From contig OX597830.1 of assembly GCA_951406725.2 (NCBI GenBank), positions 32,426,001 through 32,490,000 of the forward strand: a stretch of DNA of 64,000 bases, in the 5' to 3' direction. This document shows positions 40,050-53,129 of this stretch, piece by piece (position 1 is the first letter of the stretch; each line of letters opens with the position of its first letter). The translations under genes were made by a program, and so were the position numbers. The notes under the pieces were generated by a model that saw nothing but the letters and a program-made list of their open reading frames with translations, did not search any database and was not told the origin of the DNA. The stretch is from Octopus vulgaris. Lineage: Eukaryota.

Positions 40050-40994
40050 GTACATATATATATGGATATATAACATATGTATATATGTCTGTAGATATGT
40101 ATGTATATGTGTGTGTGTGTGTGTGTAACAATAACAACAAAATCACTAGTTTTGCTAATTCCTAAATTGAATTTTGTCCAAGAACATTTTCGATGTGGTA
40201 AGCAAATTGAAACTCTGCCATGGTCGTTGAGTGTACTCAATGGGAGTATGTCTTGTTTTCATTACGTGTGTGGGTGACTGCATTATCCTTACCATCATCA
40301 CCACCACCACCACCTCCACCACCACCACTGCCGCTGCCACCACCACCACCAACAACAACAACAACGCCGCCGCCGCCGCCACCACAACCACCATCACCAC
40401 CACCACCACCACCACCATCATCATTTAACATCTATTTTCCTCGCTGGAATGGGTTAGATGTTTTGACAGGAGCTGGCAAACCAAAAAACTGCACAAGGAT
40501 TCACTCTCTGTATTGGCATAGTGTTTACATCTAGATGCTCTTCCTAATGCCAACCATCTTACAGAATGAACCACATCTTATGTGGCACTAGCTTATATAT
40601 ATATATATGTATGTGGTTGTTGCCTACTCCTTATGCGGAATCTGACCACCTCTTGTACTTACACCTTAGATCCAGTACGATGGCTTATTAAACCAGTGGC
40701 TTATTAAACCAGACAATGTACTAAAAAGACACCTACATAAATTGCATATCTGATTTGGACCACCATGTGCTGCAGTTAAACGATGATGACGATGATCATG
40801 ATGACGACAATGATGGTGATGACAATAATGATGATGATATCTCTTTCTCTTTTACTCTCTTTTACTTGTTTCAGTCATTTGACTGTGGCCATACTGGAGC
40901 ATCACCTTTAGTCAATCGAGCAAATCGACCCCAGGACTTATTCTTTGTAAGCCTAGTACTTATTCTATTGGTTCTCCTTTGCCACCTATTAAAA

Positions 40995-41210
40995 CCCTTT
41001 TGATACCAACCTGGCTGAAACCGCCTCTGGATCTGTAGTAAAAATGTCTTGTTTTCAAAAGTTCTGAATTAAAATCTTCCACCAAACCTTAGTCACAATC
41101 TATGTTCCTAGCTGAATGACAACTAAGTTATTTTACTAAATTCTTTGTTGTATTTAAAATTAATTGAAAGAAACACAGAGCATCTAAAAATAAAAACCTT
41201 AATGAAAGGG
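40995..41210 (+). mobile_element. piggyBac-like (TTAA) MITE
   Basis: Ends ccctttt.. / ..aaaggg-TTAA; inverted relative to the copy at 41389. Confidence 0.8.
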
Positions 41211-41388
41211 TTAAAATTGATTTTACATAAAACTTCTTTTATACTTAGCAGAGATAAAGCATTATGAATATTATTTTAGGAAGTTTAAAGTGATTTCTTT
41301 TGTGCCGTAAACCATTTTCATTTCTGTGGTGCCCCCCCCTCCTTCCCTTGATGCCCTAAGCGCGTGCTTATTTTGCTTAATGGGTTAG

Positions 41389-41947
41389 CCCTTTGGTTAC
41401 AGTATTTATTTCGAGATGCTCTCTGTTTCTTTCAATTACTTTAAATATAACAAAGAATTTAGTAAAATAACTTAGTTATCATTCAGCTAGTGTTAGGAAC
41501 ATAAATTGTGACTAAGGTTTGGTGGAAGGTATAAAATTCAAAACTTAGGAAAACAAGACATTTGTACTACAGAACCAGAGGTGGTTTCAGCTGGGTTAGT
41601 ATCGAAAGGGTTAAATATAACAAAGAATTTAGTAAAATAACTTAGCTATCATTCAGCTAGTGCTCAGAACATAAATTGTGACTAAGGTTTGGTGGAAAAT
41701 TTTAATTTAAAACTTTGGAAAACAAGACATTTGTACAACAGAACCAGAGGTGGTTTCATTTGGGTTGGTATCGAAAGGGTTAAATGTAACTAAGAATTTA
41801 GTAAGATAATTTAGTTATCATTCAGTTAGTGTTAGGAACATAAATTGTGACTAAGGTTTGGTGGAAGATTTTAATTCAAAACTTATGAAAACAAGACATT
41901 TGTATTCAGAACCAGAGGTGGTTTCAGCTGGGTTGGTAACCAAAGCA
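41389..41947 (-). mobile_element. piggyBac-like MITE amplified into three tandem ~170-bp units
   Basis: Units begin at TTAA 41441, 41611 and 41780; the first two end gaaaggg, the third caaagca; final TTAA at 41948. Confidence 0.9.
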
Positions 41948-41974
41948 TTAATCCAGCATTACTCCACACCTGTA

Positions 41975-42207
41975 TCATCAAAACATTATAAGTTGAGAAA
42001 AAGTTAAAAATGATATTGAGTATTCCATTGCTTTGAAATCTGAAGAATTTGGTGCCCAAAGAATTGACAACTTGCAATGTAGATGGAATAATGTTATCAA
42101 TAACGAGGGGAAATATCATTTTGAAAAATTATACCAACTTAGACTAAAGAAGCATTTGTTCCTTTCCCATCGTGAAATGCGACTGGACTTTTTTTCCAAC
42201 CAAATAT
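41975..42207 (+). mobile_element. mariner C-terminal relic
   Basis: EEFGAQRIDNLQCRWNNVINNEGKY resembles the mariner GI..L..RW..VI...G.Y end; TIR-like ttccaaccaaata. Confidence 0.55.
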
Positions 42208-42759
42208 TTTTTACTCACTGTTGTTTGCGCCATAACTGGTGCTGTTGTTTTTCATGTTGTTATTATCGTTTCTGCCGTTCCATCGCATTTATGGTCTCTA
42301 TAAAAAAAATGGCTTATTTTACATTACGTCCAAGAACAAATATTTGGCAAGTATTTATGATCTTTCAATCTCTTTGAAGTGTTAATACCTCTGCTGCTTT
42401 TTTTTTTTCTTTTGCTTTACGTTTTTATTTACTTTTGCAGTGTCTGATAGTTTTATTTTCTTATATATTCTAAGAGAATGAATATGGTCAATGGCCTGTA
42501 GTCCTTAGATTCTGCCCCCCCACCCCCACTCACTCAACTGCTGTTCTTCTCTAGACAGATATAATTTATCACAATTAATTGATATATAATGCTTCAATTT
42601 CTGCTGTTCCAAGTCTTTTCTTTTTCTATAGAACATTTGGACGAGAAGAAAATATCAGAGATTTGGAATTCTGAAGAATAGATTCAATATCAAGGATTTA
42701 TATATTTCAAGACAATAAACAATATCATTGAGTATGGATTTGTAAGGTGGACCAATCAG

Positions 42760-42828
42760 TTATCTGTCTGACTGCCTTTCTGTTTGTCTGTCTATCTGTC
42801 TGTCTGGCTGGCTCTCTGCCTGCCTACC

Positions 42829-42869
<41 letters not shown>

Positions 42870-42998
42870 GTCTCTCTCTCTCTATCTATCTATCCATATA
42901 TATATATATATATCAATCTGCCCATCTGTATGTCTGCTTCCAGTCTATCTAGAGCTACATCTATCTATCTATCTATCTACCTACCTATCTGTGTGGCT

Positions 42999-43034
<36 letters not shown>

Positions 43035-43134
43035 CCTGTGTCAATGTATGTATCTATCTATCCCTCCCTCCCTCCATCCATCCATCCATCAATCTATCTA
43101 CCTACCTACCTATCTTTCTATCTATCTGTTTCTT

Positions 43135-43219
<85 letters not shown>

Positions 43220-43410
43220 GACTGTCTATCTTTCTGACTGTCTATCTATCTGTCTGTCTATCTGTTTGTCTATATATACATACGTCTTCTTTCAATTTAT
43301 ATGCTTGTGTATGTATGTGTATATGTGTATATGTCTGTGTGTATGCATGCATGTGAATTTGTGTGCATACATGTGCATGTGTGTGTGCGCACATGTGTGT
43401 GTGTGTACAT
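42760..43410. repeat. (TCTG)n/(TCTA)n/(TG)n compound microsatellite
   Basis: Directly visible. Confidence 0.9.
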
Positions 43411-43670
43411 GTAAGTAGTTCTGTTTCTTTGTCTTGATATTGCATGCCAATTGTAAACAAATATCACCTTTATACAAGCAGTGTCATTTGTTTGCAATTT
43501 TTCTTGAAATCATGTCCAAGCCTTGTGCTGTTTGTGTTTGGAGGACTGAGGGAAATATCTCTCTGCTTAGAGACAGATGAGAGTTGGTGACTGGAAGAGT
43601 ATCCTGGGTTAGAAAGTCTATCGCAACAAGTTTTGTTTGCCTCTGGCAATCATGGAAAATTGCATGTTAG

Positions 43671-43887
43671 GATGATGATGATGATGATGATGATGGTGAT
43701 GATGATTATTGACGATGATGATGATGATGATGATGTTGATGGTGATGATGATGTTGATGATGATGATGATGATGATGATTGATGATGGTGATGATGGTGA
43801 TTGATGATGATGATGATGATGATTGATGATGGTGATGATGGTGATTGATGATGATGATGATGATGATGTTGATGGTGATGATGGTGT

Positions 43888-43921
<34 letters not shown>

Positions 43922-44017
43922 CGATGATGGTGATGATGGTGATTGATGATGATGTTGATGGTGATGATGGTGATTGATGATGATGATGATGATGGTGATT
44001 GATGATGGTGATGATGG

Positions 44018-44058
<41 letters not shown>

Positions 44059-44065
44059 TTGATGG

Positions 44066-44109
<44 letters not shown>

Positions 44110-44187
44110 GATGATGGTGATGATGGTGATTGATGATGATGATGATGATGATGACGGTGATGATGATGATGATGATGATGATGATGA
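43671..44187. repeat. ~515-bp (GAT)n-derived array continuous with a retroposon tail
   Basis: Begins right after catggaaaattgcatgttag (retroposon end); gatgatggtgatgatggtgatt recurs as a higher-order unit. Confidence 0.92.
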
Positions 44188-44542
44188 CATATATGCTTGC
44201 AGTAGTAATATCAATATACTCGCAAGCACAACCCAGCCCTTGCTCCATATATATGTGTGTGCATGTGTGTGTGTGTGTATGTGTGAGTGTGTGTGTGTGT
44301 GCGTGTGTGTGTGCTTGTTTGCCTTTGTTTCCTTACCATCGCTTCACAACTGATGGCAGGCCTAAGAGACCGATAGAATAAGTACTAGGCTTACAAAGAG
44401 TAAGTCCTGGGGTCGATTTGTTCAACTAAAAGCGGTGCTCAAGCATGGCCACAAACAAAAAAGGATAGAAGAACATAAACATATATATATATATATATAA
44501 ATATGTGTGTATATATACAAATATATATAAATATATATATAT

Positions 44543-44614
<72 letters not shown>

Positions 44615-44979
44615 GAGGAAAGAGAGAGAAAAGGGAGGAAGAGAATTTTGATTATCACCATGTGGTGAGTTGTAAGGCAAAACACCTATATATAAAACAA
44701 AAAAGAAGGAAAATGAACACAGTTTACATACTTTTGATATATTTTAAGTGAAAGTGTTACGTGTAACCGGTTTCAACGTTACACTTTCAATACTCCTTCA
44801 TTTAAAATATATCAATGCTATGTTAAGTGTATGCATTTTCGTTCTTTTCGAATGATCCGTCTTTTTTTGCCTGTCCTTCTAATTGTTGTTTCTCTTGTCT
44901 GCTTTTGTATTGTCTATCTTGTCTATTGTCCGAATGTTTTAATGTCCTCTATTGTGTTTTTGTTCCATTTTTATATATA

Positions 44980-45367
44980 TGTGATAAGTAGCTTGCTTAC
45001 CAACCGCATGGTTCCAGGTTCAGTCCCACTGCGTGGCACTTTGGGCAAGTGTCTTCTACCATAGCCTCGGGGTTGACCAAAGCCTTGTGAATGGATTTGG
45101 TAGACAGAAACTGAAAGAAGCCCGTCATATATATGTATATATATGTATGTATGTGTGTGTATGTGTCTGTGTTTGTTCCCCCAACATTGCTTGACAACCG
45201 ATGCTGGTGTGTTTACATCCCCGTAACTTAGTCATTTGGCAAAAGAAATCGCTAGAATAAGTACTAGGCTTACAAAGAATAAGTCCTGGGGTTGATTTGC
45301 TCGACTAAAGGTGGTGCTCCAGCATGGCCGCAGTCAAATGACTGAAACAAGTAAAAGAGTAAAAAAG

Positions 45368-45369
<2 letters not shown>
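44980..45369 (+). mobile_element. SINE family A
   Basis: Near full length. Confidence 0.92.
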
Positions 45370-45433
<64 letters not shown>

Positions 45434-45436
<3 letters not shown>

Positions 45437-45641
45437 TAATCCAAACAAGAAAACACAAAAAAACAAAAAACATAGCAACGCAAGGACGTGGAACAAATAA
45501 AGTATTATTGGATGCTCAGGAAAGAAGGGAAGAAGGAGGGTTTAATGTTTTGAGCAGAGCTCTTCGTCGGAAACATAGGAGAAGGAAAGATCCCGAGAAG
45601 GGAAGACAGAGGAAAAAAATCGCCAGTGGTACTCACGAGGT

Positions 45642-45644
<3 letters not shown>
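45434..45644 (-). mobile_element. second copy of the hammerhead-bearing pLTR fragment (core mutated)
   Basis: Homologous to 29167-29378; minus strand reads gttt-CCGACGA-a-gagc tct gctc-AAAAC-ATT-aaac. Confidence 0.75.
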
Positions 45645-45691
<47 letters not shown>

Positions 45692-46696
45692 CACACTGTA
45701 TATATATATATGTGTGTGTATGTGTGTGTGTGTAAAAATACATATATGTAATGCAGGTAATATATAATATAGAAATAGATGATACCCACACACACACACA
45801 CATACACACACACACATTATTATAATTCTTTTAAAAGTATTATATATGTACACTTGGCCAGCAAGTCATAGAAACTATGCCAATACAGACAGTGGATCTT
45901 AATGTAGTCTTCTGACTTGCCTGCTCCTGTCAAACCTTCCAACCCATACCAGCATGGAAGATGGGTGCTAAAAAATGACGATGATGATGATGATGATGAT
46001 GATGACACTATATACACAAAAGATGTCTCAGTTTCCATGTGCCAATTCCACTGATAATGTATTGATTAGCTCGAGGCCATTGTAGAAGACACTTGCCCAA
46101 GGTGCCACATGGTGGATACCGATCCCAGGACCACTTAATTCCAAAGCCACCTTTGTAACCACACAACCATTCTAATTTGTACAGCAGACTTTGGTTTGAT
46201 TTTAACCAGACAAAACTTGAAAACTTTGCCAGTGAGAAATAATGACTTCTCCAACGAGGAAACAACATTTCAATCATTTTTGGATTAGTTTCTTCATTTC
46301 TTTCAGCGACATATTGTCATCACTTGGAATTGATACATTAATTAGAAACGATTTTTATTTATTTTTTTTTTATTTCCTGATGGGCTTTGGCAATAATATC
46401 TGGGTAATTTGCTTTAATTACCCTGTCTGTATAAATCAACATATCACAGAGTATGGTCACTTTGTGATTCAGAAAACTCTTTTATACTCTGTGTTTAAAC
46501 TATCTCTCTTCTCTCTGATTGTTCTATGATGATGATATAATTTCTAGTGTATGGAAGCTGCAGCTCTGTCATGTCTGTTTACATATTCAATTTTGATCTA
46601 AGAATGAGCAGCTAGAAATAATAGGATTAATTGCTTCATAATTTCTATACTAATTTTTCTGTATTCTGTATTCTGTATTCAGTATATGTTTTTGAT

Positions 46697-46821
46697 AGGC
46701 ATGGCTGTGTGGTAAGAAGTTTGCTTCCCACTCACATGGTTCACAGTTCAGTCCTACTGTGCTGCACCTTGTAAGTGGATGTAGTTAATGGAAACTGAAA
46801 GAAGCTCCTCTGTGTGTGTGT

Positions 46822-46859
<38 letters not shown>

Positions 46860-47017
46860 AATAATAGGTGCAGGAGTGGCTGTGTGGTAAGTAGCTTGCT
46901 TACCAACCACTTGGTTCTGGGTTCAGTCCCACTGCATGGCACCTTGGGCAAGTGTCTTCTACTATAGCCTCAGGCCGACCAAAGCTTTAGTAGACGGAAA
47001 CTGAAAGAAGCCCGTTG

Positions 47018-47057
<40 letters not shown>

Positions 47058-47248
47058 CGTGTGCATGTGTGTGTGTGCGTGTGCGTGTGTGTATGTGTGT
47101 GTGTGTTTGTATGTCTGTATTTGTCCCCCCCCCAGCATTGCTTGACAACTGATGCTGGTATGTTTACATCAGTCCTGGGGTTGATTTACTCAACTAAATG
47201 CAGTGCTGCAGCATGGCCGCAGTCAAATGGCTGAAACAAGTAAAAGAG
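46697..47248 (+). mobile_element. two SINE family A copies (46697-46810 degenerate; 46867-47248 with internal deletions)
   Basis: Family A head and tail motifs. Confidence 0.85.
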
Positions 47249-48482
47249 ATATATGTGCCTCCGTTGTAGCTGGAACAAGGAAGACGGTGTTCTTGTTTAT
47301 CTCCTGTCCTAGCTTGATTTATGTGTTTGCCACCAAAACCTCGTTTAGGCTTAGCAGTCCTTCCTGCTTGTTTTCATTGTCCTGTTTGAGTTACCTATTT
47401 TGACCCTCTGCAAAATCCCAAATTTTATTTAATTTGCTTTGTGTATGCAAAAACCTCTTGATTATGCTTGTACATGTGGGGACCTGTCTCTTATTTCTTT
47501 TTTTGGCACACGTCAAGCATTTTGCCAAATTTTCATCCCCTAGCACCTATCGTTTTCCCATTTATTGTACTTCTTACCTACTGTTGTCATCTGAGAGTAG
47601 AATTGATACACATTTCACATATTTCATTCGCTCCTCGCCAACCACCTCCCTCCCTCCTCTCCAGCCACCTCCCTCCCTCCTCTCCTGGAACCACTTTCAT
47701 TCTTCATTATCATCTCTGCTCATATTATTTCTACCAATCGGTCCCTTTCTGTGCCTTCAACCACTGATCCCTCTCTCACCCTTCTGCTGTACTCCATTCT
47801 CAACACCTCACTTATCTCCTGTCATTCTCAAAGCCCTCACATGTCTCTCATCACACCACACTTACTATAGCCTCTTATTTACACCTCTATGTACTTCCAT
47901 CTTCACAACTACACCTTATACATAATCCCACAACTTTCTAATTTATTCCCCTTCCTCAGCCACTCCTATATCTCTCACCTTACACCCCTCTCCATACTGG
48001 CATCTCCCTTCAACTGCTCTGCCACCCTGGTTCACCACTCATGCTATTCACCTCTACCCACATACTTAACCATCCATTACTCCTCCCACACCCTTACTAA
48101 AGTATCCACTCCATCACCTCCTCCCATGACCCACTGTCCATAATGCCCATATCCTCTTTTAATGTCCTCACTTCTTGTATCTTGAGAGTTTGCTCCAGCA
48201 CTCCATGGCTACCATCCTTTTATCTCCTTTAGCCATCTCTTATCTCCTTTATACCAAGACACCTGTGCTTGTCACTCTATCATATTTTAGCCTTTCAATA
48301 CCTAGCATAAAGCCATTTACCTCTCAAATATCCATTTCTTAGTTGTGGTAACTTTGTCCTTTTTCGTGTTCTTTTTCTGTCTTGCAAATTACACAGCAAC
48401 CCCATAAATGGAACAGTGAAGAAGTTGTTAAACCCCCTCCCCCAAAAAAACCTCAAAACAAAAGAAAATTTGGGGCAAAGCA

Positions 48483-48870
48483 TCAGGTGTTTTGTCGGCG
48501 AATTTCAGGAAGCATGGAAGTTTTGAAGGATGTAATGTTCTGACAGCTAACAACTGATGCAGGAAGTATATTTATTCCATGCTTCAGTAATTTTGAGCCT
48601 GGAAAATTGTTTCTGAATGCCAGCCACGGATGCTGTGTTGTTTTGAATTCATAAGCATGTCCATGAGAATTAGACATATGGAATTCTAAAAATTGCCCAA
48701 GATTGTTGTTAGAAATATGGTGGATAATCTTGTGGGTGTCTACCAAGTCAGTTACCAAATATTGGAGCCTTAATGTGTCCATGCCCAGAGAAGCATGACA
48801 TTCAGAGTATGGTAGATACCTGACAGCAAATATTCGTCTAGTTGCACATTTCTGAACAGTTTCCAAGAGA
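48483..48870 (-). pseudogene. CR1/L2-clade LINE ORF2 C-terminal fragment
   Basis: LETVQKCATRRIFAVRYLPYSECHASLGMDTLRLQYLVTDLVDTHKII matches the CR1 LE.VQRRAT..I..L..LSYEERL..L.L.TL motif. Confidence 0.85.
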
Positions 48871-49080
48871 TTGATATTTTTTTTTTATCTTAACAATTTC
48901 GTATGTTGTTCTGTGTTGCTTCTGAATATTCGAAAAGTCTGTTAAACATCATTGCAAATACTCCTTTTTAATTTTTGGTAGAATGCTTCCAATTGTTTGT
49001 ATTCTGTAGTTTCCAGATTCCTTGGTTTATTTTTTCTTAACATTGTTCTACTGCCGTAATTTTTCATTATATTACCGTTA

Positions 49081-49205
49081 CAGTAGAACCTCACAGTATG
49101 AGTGCCCCATTTTATGAGTAATTTGCTGTACGAGCCGAGACTTGCATGAACTTTTGTCTTGAAGTACAAGCAGAAATCCACATGGAAACTGAAAGAAGTC
49201 TGTCG

Positions 49206-49254
<49 letters not shown>

Positions 49255-50246
49255 ATATGTTTGTTATTTCTTTACTGCCCACAAGGAGCTACACACAGAG
49301 GGGACAAACAAGGACAGACAAATGGATTAAGTCGATTATATCGACCCCAGTGCATAACTGCTACTCATTTAATTGACCCCGAAAGAGGAAAGGCAAAGTC
49401 GACCTTGGCGAAATTTGAACTCAGAACAAAGCGGCAGACAAAATACCGATAAGCATTTTGCCCGGCGCGCCAACATTTCTGCTGTGTGTATATGTTTGTG
49501 TGGCTGTGTTTGTCCCCCCACCATCACTTGGCAACTGATGCTGGTGTGCTTACATCCCCATAACTTAGTTGTTTGGTAAAAGAGACCTATAGTATAAAGT
49601 ACCAGGCTTAGAAAGAATAAATCCTGGGGTTGATTTGTTTGACTAAAAGTGGTGCTCCAACATGGCCTCAGTCAAATGACTGAAACTAATAAGAGTAAAA
49701 GAGTACAAGCACACAAACTGTCCCATCTTAAAAGTAATTCAGTCAATAAAACCAGTTTACATATTTCTTTTGCATTCTCTTTTTTATAATTGTCATTTTA
49801 CTTGTAGCTACACCTCTTCTTTCGTTTTTGCATTTGGTTTGCAAGATTCTTTATGTGAGTTTGTGTGTTGAAGCATATTCTGTTGTGTCTGGGGAGAGTC
49901 ATTTTATTTTTTATGCCTTATAATTCAACCCACTCACCTGTAAAATTTCCACTTATTCCTTATTTCTATTTTCCTAAAATATTTTTGGAAAATAAAAATG
50001 GAATAAGTGGAAATTTTACCGGTCAGTGTATTAAATTACAAGGCACAAAAAGAAAATGACTCTCCCCAGACACAACAGAATACACCTTTTCTGTTTTAAA
50101 ATCCATAAAAAATTATTTTTGAGTGGTTTTTGGTGGGCAGGAATGGTTTAATTATACTTTAGTTGATTTCGATGGGAAAAATTGAGTAAATCGTAAGACA
50201 AGCTGGGTCATAGAACAAATTAAACTTGTACTGCAATGAATCATTG
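49081..50246. mobile_element. Tigger/pogo-like MITE hosting SINE A (~49175-49705), SINE B (minus, 49262-49480) and a foldback element (49820-50120)
   Basis: Left end TA-CAGTAGAACCTC; right subterminal gatttcgatgggaaaaattg...gaacaaattaaacttgtactgc, degenerate. Confidence 0.55.
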
Positions 50247-50587
50247 TTTTACTATTCCCTTAACGTATGTTTTCCATGCTGGTATGGGTTGGATAATTTG
50301 CCAGGATCCAGACAGTCACAAGTCTGTTTCAAATTCCAGTGTCAGCTTTTGTATGATTTCCATAGCTGGACGTCTTTTCCTAATGCCAAACCTTTCAAAG
50401 TGTGTGTATGGATGTGTGTGTGTGTGTCTGTATGTGTGTGTGTGTGTCCTCACTTGTCTGGTCATGCTTGAAAACAGGTGAAGGTTGGTAACAAGATAGG
50501 CATCCGGATGCAGAAAAATGAAATCTGCCTCAAAAAAACAAAAAACTCTGTCTAACTCATGCAAGCGTGGATAAGCGAAAGTTAAAA

Positions 50588-51020
50588 CGATGATGATGGT
50601 AATGATGAGGGTTATGATGATAAAGATGATGGTGATGACGACGATGAGGGCGACAACAATGATGACGGTGACAACGATGATGATGGTTATGATGATGATG
50701 ACAACGATGAACATGGTGACGACGACAATGATGTTGATAATGATGATGATGATCATGATCATGATGACGACAATGACGATGATGATGATGATGATGATGA
50801 TTATGATTATGATGATGATGAAGATGATAACGATGATGATGATGATGATGATAAGGACGATGACGACGACGATGATGATGATAATGTTGCTGCTGCTGCT
50901 GATGATGATGATTATGATGACGACATTGATGATGATGATGATGACGATTATGATGATGAAAATGACGATGTTGCTGACAATGGTGATGATGATTATGATG
51001 ATGACAATGACGATGTTGCT
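50588..51020. repeat. (GAT/GAC)n array extending a retroposon tail
   Basis: Follows catgcaagcgtggataagcgaaagttaaaac. Confidence 0.9.
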
Positions 51021-53129
51021 GCTGAAGAGGATGAACGTGATTTAGGAATACATAGCCTAACATGTATCTCATTGGCTCATGTGACCTGGTTGGTAAGTTG
51101 GATGGTTGGTAGATGATTTTGCTGGCTTCGTTGATTGGTCGATCTCTTTCAGTTTAGGTATAATGATGATGATGATGATTCTAGTTGTCTTGTCTAAGAC
51201 TGGTAGAGTATGGTGTTGCATGATCAAGAATGTGGCTGTCAAGGCTATTGCTACAGTGGCAGATGCAGTATGGGCTGTGGTGGCTGTGGTGGGAGTAGAG
51301 ACTGTGGTTGTGTTGGTGATTGTGGTAGTGATCCTGGTGCTTGGAGGTAGTGGCTAAAATGGCAGTTCTGTTGACTTGGGTTGTAGTGGTTGTGCAGAGG
51401 TCATGGTGGTGGCTGCAGTGGTGGTTGTGGTTGTAGTTGTGGTTGTGGTGGTTGTAGTAGAGACCATAGTGTTTGGATATAGTGGTGGTGGGGTTATTGT
51501 TGTCGTTGTTGCAGTTGATGTGGTGGTGGTGATGGTGGTTGTAGTTGTGGCAGTGGTAGTGGTGGTCATTGTGGTGGTGGTGGTGGTGGATGTGCTGGTG
51601 ATTGCTGTAGTTCTTGTGGTGTTGTATAATAGCAGTAGTAGTAGCAGTAGCAGCAGTAGTAGCAGTAGTAGCAGCAGCAGCAGCGGTAGTGTTTGAGTGA
51701 ATTAATAAAGACTTGCATGGCAGATAAGATTGTTTGTCTCTATCTTCCTCACTCTTGTTTCACATACTAACACATACACACACACTTTCACTCTCTCTCC
51801 CCCCTCACACTATCCCTCCTGCCACTACATATCTACACCATTTACATAAAAACAACTTCAGAATCCACATTATATATAGTATTTGCCTGAAGCTTCAGTT
51901 TATTTATATTTTTTTTTGCTGATATTTTTTCTTCTCTTTTTTATTTATTTATATATATATGTATATGTTGTTATTGTTTTTGTTTATTTGCTATATTTTA
52001 CTTTTGTTATATTTGTTTTTTATTTTTCCTTCTAATTTTCTGTTTTGTTATTTAATTTTTATTTTATGCATATATATATATATATGTATATATATGTGTG
52101 TGTGTATATATATATTTGGCTTTCTTCTTTTTCTTCCTTTTAATGAACCCAGGGAGTGAGTTCATGCCTGCAGAGGTTATTCTAATAGGCTCATCAGTGT
52201 GGTTGCTCCACCACCTACAAAAAAGCCCCAAAACAAAACAAAAACCCAGAAAAAAAGAAAAAAAAAAGCAACAAAAGAAACAAACAAAATAACAAAAAAT
52301 CCCTGAATGAATGGAACTCCCCCCTTCGCCATCACCATCACCCTCAACACTACAATGTAAAAACAAAAACACACACTCACCACACACAAGCGCAAAAAAA
52401 AAGGACAATACCATTACAACCACGACCATCACCACAGCCTCTGCCACCTTTACCACAATGAGAACCTGGAATGCCATTACTAATAACCACAATCACCTCA
52501 ACAGCTATTATCAACCAAGAACATCATTACTGCTACAACCACCACAACCATCGCTACTACAACCACTACCATTCACAACTACCAACACCATCACTGCCGC
52601 TACTGCAATCACCAGCACCACCACCACCACCAACAACAGCAAGAACACACCACCACTACCACCACCACAACCACCACCAGCACAAACAGAATGCTACAGC
52701 AATCACCACTGCCACTACCACCACCACCACCACCACCACCGCCACTACCACCGCCACTACCACCTCCACAAACACCAGCAGCATCTTGATGATGACCACC
52801 ACCCCCAATAGCAACACCAGTAGCATCACCACCACCACCGTCACCACCACATCACTACCACCGTCACCACCACACCACCACCACCTCCATCACCCCCCCC
52901 TCACCACCATGACTAACATTCCGACAGTAGAAACAGAAACCAATGAAACAACCTCTACAAATAGATGCTTGACCTGCTACAAATAGTAGCCAAATTTTCT
53001 CAAGTTGCAACCTTGCTGTTTTTATAAGAAAATTGCATAGGATGGTCATGGTTGGAATCCCAGAGATCATGGTTTTACTTCAGCAAGTCTCTCCAAATGT
53101 TCAACAACAATCCCTACAATTAAAAACAA

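Noticed and set aside
47434-48300. 163-aa ORF and pyrimidine-rich tract
   Set aside because: Compositionally biased with no recognisable motif; probably old TE or UTR-derived sequence next to the CR1 fragment.
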